Made by a program: the position numbers and the translations under genes
Notes under the pieces: model-generated
The model's input: the letters and a program-made list of their open reading frames with translations, nothing else
Databases searched by the model: none
Told to the model about the DNA's origin: nothing
Shown: positions 23,028-33,600 of the stretch, piece by piece
How positions within the stretch are numbered: position 1 is the first letter of the stretch
How the letters are laid out: every line of letters begins with the position of its first letter
Assembly: GCA_051294375.1 (NCBI GenBank)
Contig: CM119266.1
Span: 473,132-537,131 of the forward strand
Reading direction: 5' to 3'
DNA length: 64,000 nucleotides
Source of the DNA: Paraspadella gotoi
Taxonomy: Eukaryota; Animalia; Chaetognatha

Positions 23028-24506
23028 TCCGGCGCCATGGTGGAGCACCTCGCACGCAACTACATGCGCAAGAAAGAAGACGGGGACTTTCTGGAGACGT
23101 TCGAGTCGCTCTGGATCGATCTCTATGAACGAAACTACTTGGAGCTCAACGACGTCATCAACATCCAACATTGGATCGAGTCTCTCCTCTCTGTCGGGTA
23201 TAAATTTCCCGGCAGACATGTCGGCAACCTCTGCGCCCAACGTGACGCCGAAGAGAAGAACCGGATCAGGTCGGCCGGAAAGTCGTTGAAGCGATTGAGC
23301 GTGGCGATGGCGGCGCGGAAATCAAAAGCCTCTTGCGCCGGAAAAGCCGTTTTCGCCTCGGCCGATTTGAGTCCGGCGACCAAAGTCCATCTAGCGGCGT
23401 CTCTCTCGGCGATCGGACAAGAAACCCTCTTTATCGGCACCGGAGGAAAACCCAAGATCTTGTCCGACGGAAAAAAATTGAGCGGCGTTTCGATTTTGCC
23501 TGAGGTGGCTCCGGTGTTGGCGTCCTACCTTCGTCCGAGCGACAAGCAGCCGACCGGCGTCGCCTCGTCTCTCTACGACTTCTACAAGAACGACGTCCGC
23601 ATGAAGAAAGTCGACGCTTTCGTCTGCTCGCTTCCGGCATCCACTTGCGCCTGGTGGACAGGGTTCGAGAAAGCCACCGTCTTTCTCCCCGCCCACCGCT
23701 ATAACCTGGGTCGGTGCTCAGCGGATGAGTGGCGCTCCCTCGATGATCAGTTGAACTCTTGGGCAAAAAAATCGCGCAATTTCATCGGCGTCACGAATCG
23801 ATACGATCTCGAGTATCTTCGCTACTACACGGGGATGAAAACGACGCTCATTCCTTACGCCACAGAATATTTCTCGGAAAAAGGAAAGGAAGGCGGGGAC
23901 AAGGACTCCGTCTTGATCGTCGCGTCCAACGTGGAGAGTTCTTTCGTCGTCAAGACGCAGAATTCTTTGAAACCCAACGTAAAAACTCGTCTCGTTCCGA
24001 CGGCCAAGTTTGAACTGTGGGACGTGGCGCGACATCGAGCCGCCGTTGTTTTTCCCGATTCCATCTTCGATCTTAGCGTAGTCGAACTTTACTCTGTCGC
24101 CGTCCCGCTCTTCCTTCCCTCGCCCAAGTTTTTCCTCACTCAACGCGACGACGTCGGCGGCGGCGTCGGGTTCGGCCGCGGCAGGACCGCCATCTTGGCG
24201 TCGAAATGTCCCAATGGCACTCGACTGGAGGCGTCGACGCGTCCGGGGATCGAGGACGGATTCAGCGAGCATCCTTACAGTCCGAATTTGAGTCTTGAGG
24301 AAGACGCTGAGGCGGAGATGTACTGGTTGCAGTTCGCCGACTGGTACGAGATGCCGCACGTCGGGTTGTTCGATGACTTCGTCCACTTGAAGAAGCTGCT
24401 GCACGCCGCGCGATTGGATGAGACGCGGGAAAAGGCGATGAAGGAGGAGCTGGCGGTGGTGGAGACGAGAGTCAAGGGGGAGATGTGTAGATTCGAAAGA
24501 GGGTGA
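23028..24506 (+). CDS. Terminal exon of the STELLO-like gene: STELLO C-terminus plus an additional uncharacterised glycosyltransferase-like domain
   Basis: Acceptor tattcag at 23027. SGAMVEHL...FESLWIDLYERNYLELNDVINIQHWIESLLSVGYKFP is the STELLO C-terminal motif. A further ~430 aa follow in frame (VDAFVCSLPAS, HRYNLGRC, ELYSVAVPLFLPS, YWLQFADWYEMPHV). Confidence 0.8.
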   Translation, partial: SGAMVEHLARNYMRKKEDGDFLETFESLWIDLYERNYLELNDVINIQHWIESLLSVGYKFPGRHVGNLCAQRDAEEKNRIRSAGKSLKRLSVAMAARKSKASCAGKAVFASADLSPATKVHLAASLSAIGQETLFIGTGGKPKILSDGKKLSGVSILPEVAPVLASYLRPSDKQPTGVASSLYDFYKNDVRMKKVDAFVCSLPASTCAWWTGFEKATVFLPAHRYNLGRCSADEWRSLDDQLNSWAKKSRNFIGVTNRYDLEYLRYYTGMKTTLIPYATEYFSEKGKEGGDKDSVLIVASNVESSFVVKTQNSLKPNVKTRLVPTAKFELWDVARHRAAVVFPDSIFDLSVVELYSVAVPLFLPSPKFFLTQRDDVGGGVGFGRGRTAILASKCPNGTRLEASTRPGIEDGFSEHPYSPNLSLEEDAEAEMYWLQFADWYEMPHVGLFDDFVHLKKLLHAARLDETREKAMKEELAVVETRVKGEMCRFERG

Positions 24507-25566
24507 AGGTGTGGGGGTGAAGTCGTGAAAAGGGGGAGAGGAGAGGGATGTGAAGTGAAGAAGTAAGTCAAGAAGAAAGAAGAGACTTGTCAACTTGTGG
24601 TGGCTTTAAACAAAAGGTGAAGGATTGGGAATCTGAAACTATTAAAGTTTAAAAACGGAGACGTGTATAAAATAAAATTATCCTTTTCCTCCTTTCTTGG
24701 TAGTGACTGTTCACAAATTAAAATTTGTTGTGTCAATTTTCTTTTTACCTCTTGTGTTATGAAACGATCAATCGTATATATTTTCGCAGTAACGTCGAAT
24801 CTGGATCTGATATTATCTAATATTTATAAATATAACAAAGTATTACTGTGTCGATACCAAGCGTCAAGCGATGACACAGGAATAATCTCATATTTCATAA
24901 TCTCTAGTCCATTTTAACGGGCCAATTATTTGTAATTGACATTGTAGTTTGTGCCGGACCTTTTTTAGCTCATATATGTACTTAATAATTATAATTTATC
25001 ATTCATGAACAATTGCGAAATCTCGAACTCAAAGCGCTTTGCATTAAAAAATCTCTAACAAAAAATAAAGAGATATATTTTTTTTATTTTCGGTTTTCAA
25101 GTGTCATTCATTGAACAAATACATTTTATAGGCAGAACGTACACCGACAACACCGGACTACAAAAAAAAAATAATGACGATATAGCTAGCTTATACTAAG
25201 CACCGATTATATTTCACAACTCGGAGCCAATGTACTGACCATTACTGGAAACTCCATCCGATTATTGAATTACTGTTGAGATAGACTTTTGTCTTCCCGC
25301 TTCTTAGCCAAGCTTTTACTTTTTCCAAAACTAAGAAAGCTTTTAATAAGCTTTTAATAAGCTTTTACTTTCCAAAATAAGAAATCTCCCGTCGCTAGAT
25401 GGGGAGATATTTTTTTTCTTTAGCACAAATACTTTTGTGTTTGCTTTTAGTTAATCATTTCGGTTTATGATGTCAGAGAACAGAAATCCAAAAAGAAATT
25501 TTTTTTCTCATTTTCGGACGTTCCCCCCCCAAAAAAAAACGGGTGGGGGGGGGAGTCCATCGTCGC

Positions 25567-25920
25567 TCAAGAATATTTTTCGACGAATTTGAGATGAAAT
25601 TCCTTGAAGGCTTCCATGTTTCGTTGGATGTCTTCGAAGGGCGGAAGGATCGTCATCCGAAAATGGTAAGTGCCCGGCTTTTGCCCGAAACCCGACCCGG
25701 GCACCACGCACAACCCGATCTCCTCGAGGATGCGGAAGCAGTAGAAGGAGTCGGGAGTGTGCCCGGCCTCCTGTTCGAGGGAGGGGGGATTGTTAGAGCG
25801 ACGGGGGGTTGGATCTTCGGGGTTGGGGCTTTGCTTTTCTTTTACTATTTGTCGCGATATCTGTGTCTAAAATGTTTTCTATCTCTATCTCTCTCTCTTC
25901 CTCTGCATTTTTTTCTCTCT

Positions 25921-26005
<85 letters not shown>

Positions 26006-27376
26006 TCCAACTTCCTCTCTCTCCGTATCTCTCTCTCTTTTCTCTCTCTCGAGTAGCACTAACTTTATTTAACACCACTCTGCGTGATAGGCTTGAATAA
26101 TAATATCTCACTGTTCACCACCCCACTCCAGCACCCCACTCCACCACCCCACTTTAGCACCCACCTCCGCCGCCTTGATGGCCTTGGGCGGCAACTTCAC
26201 TCGGGGAAAGGCGTACATGGCGCCCATGACTTCGTTACAGGAAATTCCGGGGATGGAGTTGAAGGTGTCGGCGACGAGCTTGGCCTTCGCCCGGAGCTTA
26301 TCTAGGGTCTCCGTTTTCTCCTGGAATTTAAAAAATAGTAAAATTAGTTAAAAGTAATAAAAAAGTCACTTAAACAAAGGCTGACCTTTGTCAGGCTATG
26401 TTGGGTTAGATTTAGACTTATTTAGGGGTCTTAACCGATTAACATATAACCGTTAATCACCGATTAAAAATAATTTTTAACCGATCGGTTAATTTGGTAA
26501 AATTAACCTGTTAATTTTAAAATTTACTAATTTAAATTTTTATTAGTTTTAAGATATTATGGTTTTCCTTTGCAAGGCTGTCAACTATTTATCAAAACTT
26601 TTCCCCTATTTTAGATTATATATGTTTTAATAAATTAAAAGTGAAATTTATTTTAATTAAAAAAAAAACACGTTTCGGTGATGTTGTTAGCCTTTTTCAG
26701 TGCAAATTTGGTTAGTGAAATTTCACAATATATGATAATGAGAAAGAGAGAGAGCTCTTTTCGGATGACGATCCTTCCGCCCTTCGAAGACATCCAACGA
26801 AACATGGAAGCCTTCAAGGAATTTCATCTTTGCAAATAAAGACAAAATATTTGGTAACTTGTTCAAAAAACTGCACATAAAACCTCATAAGAAATTATTT
26901 CTCTTAAGTTCTAACCTATTAGTTGTTACGCTTTTTGTTTTATTACGTCTTTTCTCGACAGGGGAAATCTTTACTGTTCTATTTTGTTTCGGTGAACGTC
27001 CAAGACTTTCTACAATTAACTCGCTAGCGAATTTTGCGACGAAAAAACCCTTCAACTACAACAACAACAACAACAACTTCGACTCGACCTTAATAAAGAG
27101 CGGATACGAAGGATCTTTGTCCTTGGGTTCGTTGCACACCAAGGACATGGCGCACTGACCCATCGCCGGTGAACAGAGCTTGGTCGAAATGAGCTTGTTC
27201 ATCTGACCGACTACGTAAGGATCGAAATTGACCACCTCCATGAAGCCACCGCGGAATCCGCACCTGAGAAAGTTAAGGGTGGTAAAGGTAAGGAGTATTC
27301 AATTTAAATTCTTTTAATTAGTTCAATTTCATGTTTCTATTCTTTTCGTCTCTTTTCTTGTCTTCCTTTCTTTATA

Positions 27377-27433
<57 letters not shown>

Positions 27434-29986
27434 CACCTCCTCCTCTCCCTCTTTATCTCCTACTCACTCTCCATGCCATCCCTTTGACATGGAATGGAAG
27501 GAGGCCAATTCCATTTGCTTGAACTCTGGCCCCATCGTCATTAGGACTTTCTTGAAGGAATGAAACTTGGAGCAAGATCCGTAGACGTTGGCCTGATAGA
27601 CTTCGTCGGCGAGAATGATGAGACGGTTCTCTTTGGCGAAGCGGATAATGGCTTCGATGTTGTCGCGGGTCAACACCTTCGCATTGGGGGGGGGGGAGGT
27701 GAAAGGAGGGTAGTGGGTTGGGCGCGTTGTTGTAGTGGTGGTGGTTGTGGTCGGTTGTGGGCACTCTTGCATACAGTGCAGACCAGAATCATTTCTCAAG
27801 TTGTGGTTGGTTGTGGGCACTCGCATACAGTCAAGACCAGAATCATTTCCCAAGTTGTGGTCGGTTGTTGGCACTCTCGCATACAGTCAAGACCAGAATC
27901 TTTTCTCAAGCTATTCTGCTTGTCTTTCCACGACATTTTGTCGATTTTTGTCTATTACCTTCAATTTGTTCCTCTTTGCCAGATGTGTCCATTTGTCTTT
28001 TTGACTTATTTTTGTCCATGTTTGTCTTTTTTATCCATTCAAGTCGATTTCTCCCCATTCCCCCATTTTAATCCATCCACCCCCACTTAACATTGTCAAC
28101 AACAGTCAACAACAGTCAACAACTACACCTGTCCAGTTGGGTTTCCGGGATTGATGACGCAGATGACTCTGGGTTGACTGACTTCCTTCGCCTCGTCCAA
28201 TGCGCGGGAAAGTTCGTCGATGTCGAGGGACCAACCTTTGTCTTCGTTGAGGTAGTAACCGATCTATTGGGGGAGGGGAGGGCGGGACGGGGAAAGGGGG
28301 AAGACGATGCTTTTCTTAAAATTTCATTTTCACAATCAGAAATTGGTAATATATAACACACATATAAATTAGTAAAATAATCCGCCAAAAAAATTTACAT
28401 TTTTGGATACAAAAGAGACGAAAGAGAGCCTCTGTTACGACTTCGAGTAGTAACAGTTTTAGTTTGTAAATTTATATACAGTTAGGGTAAGTTAATGTTA
28501 AGGTCGACGATAACGACCTGATGCGCCCCGAACTCGGAGAGAGTCGCCGAATAGAGAGGATATTGCGGGATGGGAATCATGACGCCCACGGGTTCTGACG
28601 TCTCCGCCGGGTGGACGATCAACTTGAGAATGTTGCGTATTCCGTCGGAAGCGCCTTAAGTTTAATAAATAAATCAATCAATAAATCAACCAATCAATAA
28701 ATTAATCAATCAAATAAAATCAATCATATAAACAGCTATTCCAGCAAGTTTAAAAATTCTTTCAACTATCAATTAATTAATCATTAATCAATGATTTAAT
28801 AAACGTTCAATCAATCAATAACCAGTGGTAAGGTAAACGTTATTGTAGTCCGCCGCGACTCCGTCTCTGCATTGAATGTAATCGGCGATGTCTCGTCTCA
28901 CTAATTCGATCCCAGGACTCGCTGTCAATGAAAGGCGGGAAGGGAAGAGAGAGGGGTCAGTCAGTAAAGGGCGTCGACGGTTTTAAATCAGCAACATCAG
29001 CTCGTGCATCAGGGATAACAAATTTCCTTCTTTTAAATACTAAAGAGCGTGTTACTGTTAGTCGTGACTAGTGGCTAAGCCAACTCTTATTATTATTATT
29101 ATTATTATTACTTTTATTATTACGAATATCAAAAAAATTACAGAATTTTATAGTCTACCCTACATGCCATCAGTGTGATCTTTGCCAGAATTGGTTGAGA
29201 TAATCTGTCATTCTTAGTAAATTTGTTTATTTAATTTCTGTACTCCTTTATTATTTGAATTCTTAAAGAAAAAGGAATTATGTTAAAAGCTATTTTGATT
29301 ATTAAAATATTATTTTGTAAGTCAGTTCCTCAGTTTTGCATACTTTTAGAATTCTATGTCCTTACTCCTTAATCAAGAGCTAAAGCCGCGAAGAAATTGA
29401 GCGTCTGCACCAACAAAGGATTAGTCTCGCGGTGCAGACGAACTATTGGCACGAATATTATTCGTCTCGAAAAACTTAATTTCAGGTTTTCTTCTCTTCG
29501 ATTTCGAACGTAAACCTGGTTCCTCAATGAACTACCTCGAACGAACGATCGCAAAATAAAAAAAATAGAAAAATAATATTTAAAAGAAAATCGATAATTT
29601 TATTTTCATAAAAATGAGTCGAGAAGAGAAAGAGCCTTCAAAAGAAGAAGCAGTGGACGATCCCATCGAACTCTCGGCCACGATTATCCACGGATTTCGT
29701 TATCCATTTTTCAACGCGCTTAACGAAAAGAATTTCGACGAGTTTAGAGAAAAGGTTAGTTGATATCTTTAATTTACCAGTTTCATATCATTTAGAATTT
29801 ATTTATATATTTATTTACATTGTTATGATTCTTTCTTTTCGTTGTGTTTGTAATTAGGAAAAAACAGTTTTTAAGGTCAACAACGATTTATTATTGGATA
29901 TAGATCGACAAGTTTCAACTCTTTATTAAGAGTTCTTTCAGCGATTTTTAATAATCAACAATTTCTCTCTCTTTAACATTAGCTTT

Positions 29987-30020
<34 letters not shown>

Positions 30021-30578
30021 ATCATACCCCAGCCTACTACAATACACTTCCAGTCTATGACAAGCCAATGACCCGATCACATCGCTCACGTCCTACATTT
30101 GCCAGCCGGGGGGGGGGCAGCTCTTTTTGAGCTCTTTTCTTTATCTTACTTTCACTAACACCTTCATTATCTATCCCTTACAACTTATTTTCCTTTCACA
30201 TTTCATTCTTAATAGTTAACTAAATTATTAATTTCTTTTGTTATTACTAGTTTAGTATTAAGTTTTCAATTTATTATTCTGTTGTACATTGCTAAATGTA
30301 ATTATTTCTCTTTCTGCCTCTGTTGCTTCTCTCTCTCTCTCTCTCTCAATTTTTTCACAACTTTCAAGTTTCAACCAATCTTTATGAAATTGGTACAGAC
30401 CAATATAAAAATTATCCATTCATTTAATAATAAGCTTATCTTGCCCCTGACTTTGGACAGGCTTTGGTGGTTAAGGCCTCCATCACTCTTACAAGATAAT
30501 CTTCCCTGTCCTTACCTTCACCTGGTCCTCGACATCTGACCACTGTCCTTTCTAAATTCTTTGTTGGAATGCTCCCTC

Positions 30579-30609
<31 letters not shown>

Positions 30610-33600
30610 AAAGCTAATGTTAAGGAGAGAAAATTGTTGATTATTAAAAATCGCTGAAGAAGACTCTTCAAATAAAGAGTTGAAACTTGTCCGACTTATA
30701 TCCAATAATAAATCTTTGTTGACCTTAAAAACTGTTTTTCCTAAAATATATTTATTTATACATCTGTATATTTATTTATTTCAGTTGAAGTTTCAAGATG
30801 GAGATATCATTCTCGTCTCCTACCCTAAGAGCGGAAACCATTGGATGTATGGATATTTAGGGATGATGAAGAAGCGTTCTCAAGAAATCGTCAGAGTGAG
30901 AGAGAGAGAGAGAGCGAGAGAGAGAGAGATATGATACCTTTCAAAATGACTTTTACAGGTGAAAGGCGGCCTAATTGAGTCATTTTGCGATGTGCAAAGA
31001 ATCGAATCGTGTCCAGAACCGAGAATATTTTTCACTCACATTCCCTACCATCATTTGCCTCAGGAAATATTGGAAAACAAGAAAATTAAAATATTTTTGT
31101 TAATAAGGTAATACCTATATAATAATAATAATAATAATACTTCATGAAATTGGTACAACCAATATAAAAATTATCCATTCATTTAATAAATAAGCTATCT
31201 TGCCCCTGACTTTTATAATTACTCTTAAATACCCATTGATTTTCAGAAACCCTAAAGACACGGTCGTATCCTATTATCATCATTATTTGAAAATACCGGT
31301 GCTTAACAAAATATTTACGGGTGAAGCGGATATTCATACCATAATAATAATAATAATAATAATGACAATAAAGGAAGCAAATCATTTTCCGAAAATTTCT
31401 CCCAGGTCCTTTTTCGACTTTCGTCAGTCGATGGATGGAAGGGGAAATCGACTACCAATCATGGTATTATTTATCTATCTATATATATTTATATATATAT
31501 TAATATTTTTTTGTTTTGGTTTATGTACTTAGGTTCGACTACTACCGACCATATTACGAAAATATGGTCGGACGTGAAAACGTCCGCTTAATTCAATACG
31601 AAAAAATGAAGTCGGAATTTTTGCCGAATTTGCGGAAAATCGCTGATTTCTTGAAAATGGATTTTACCGACGAATATTTGAGGTAAAAACGCTTACTATT
31701 TAAAAATTAACACATTCTGATTCGGATTATTGGGTTAAACGACATTTTCTTGGGCACAGGAGACTTACACTATGGCAAAGAAAAAAAAGAGGGGAAATCT
31801 AATAAACCTAAAGTTGATATAATCATTATTCCCCAAAAAATTTCTTTAAAAAAATACTATAAAATTCCAAATAAAGTTACGAAACTTTGAATCATTGTAC
31901 AGCTCAAAAATTTCTAATAACTCAAAAAATATCATAACTTCCCCCTTCCCCCCCCCCTCTCCCCAACCCTAAATATAGATTGATCGAGGAAAAGACGAGC
32001 ATCTCGCGGATGACAGAGTGGGCGACATCTGCGGAGGCGGTGACGGGCTTCAAGCCGATGCACATCTTTTATAGAAAGGGCGTCGTGGGTGATTGGAAAT
32101 CGGTGATGGACGAGGAAACGGCCAAGAAGATCGACGACAAGTTTGAGAAGTTGAAGCCCATCCTTCAAGGGTGGGAGGATTTCCAATCATAGAAATTGCG
32201 GCGCTCAAGGAATTGTGTCGGAAAAATATTTGGTCTTCGTCGTTAGTTCTTTTTATGATAATCTTGAGAAACGGAACTTTTTTTTATAATTTTTATTATT
32301 CGTTTGTGAATAATGACGACTCAAACAGTAATCTTATTTCGAATTAGGAAGATGAGACCCAAATTAGTTAATGGATTTAATTCGTTTGAAATAAATTATC
32401 GACCGACTGACTTTTTTTTCAAGTACTATAACGACTGAAATAGGTTCGTCTGCTCAAGTTTTATCTCCGTCTCGACGCTGCGTGCGTTCGGTGCAACCGA
32501 ACTGTTGCGAGTGGAACTTCAGATTTCCTTCTTTCAGTTTTCGGCTTTGATAAGAAAACATTATTCGGAAGCCAAGAAACTCTTAGTTCCTATTTACCGA
32601 TTAGTTTTTTTAAAAGAATGAGCCAAGGAGAAACATGCGCAGAGGGAACGGTGGACGATCCTATCGACCTTCCCAAATCATGCATCCACGGAGTTCGTTA
32701 CCCCAATTTCGAAGCCCTTACTCAAGAAAATTTTGATAAATTCTGTCGAGAGGTAAGTTCACTTTTTTGACTCTGACGATCAAAATTTTTTGGGGAAAAA
32801 AAAGGGGATCGCTGATGATTTTAATCCTTTTTAAATAAATATTCCTTTTCGCAGGTTAAGTTTAAAGACAACGATATTGTGCTCATATCATATCCCAAGA
32901 CTGGAAACCATTGGGTTTACGGATATCTTGGGATGTTGAAAACTCGCTCAGAAGAACTAATCACGGTTTTATGCTTATATTATTTTGCAAACTATGACTA
33001 AAATTAACCATGTTTTTTTATTCTCAGGTGAAAGGCGGTCTCTTGGAAGTGTTCTGTGACGCAAAAAGGGTCGAAACTTGCCCTGAACCTCGGATTTTTT
33101 CAACCCATATTTTATACGATCATTTACCTCGAGAAATATTAGAAAATAGGAAAATTAAAATTTTTATCGTGATAAGGTATTCATTCATACGATTATGTTA
33201 AATTCATTAATATGTAGTCGGGCATTGCTTATGTTGATTCACAGAAATCCTAAAGATACGGCTGTATCAAGCTATCATTTTATCCCTAAACTTTATAAAA
33301 ATTATACAGGTATTGTTGCTCTACTTATGAAATCGAATTAGCTCCGTTAATTAATAATAATTTATTTTTAATATTATGATCTAGGTCCTTTTGACAAATT
33401 TATAAAGCGTTGGGTCAATGGAGAAATGAGCTACGGTTCATGGTAATCTATTTATTGTATTTGTTATCAAATAATGTTTTCCCAATGTTATTATTTTATT
33501 TATTTTATTTTTCATGTTGTACTTTAGGTTCGACTACTACCGACCATATTACGAAAGTTTGGTTGGAAGGGAAAATGTACATGTAATTCAGTTTGAGAAA

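Noticed and set aside
23037-24506. Stand-alone intronless, horizontally transferred gene
   Set aside because: It is preceded by a splice acceptor and begins with the STELLO C-terminal motif, so it is a terminal exon.
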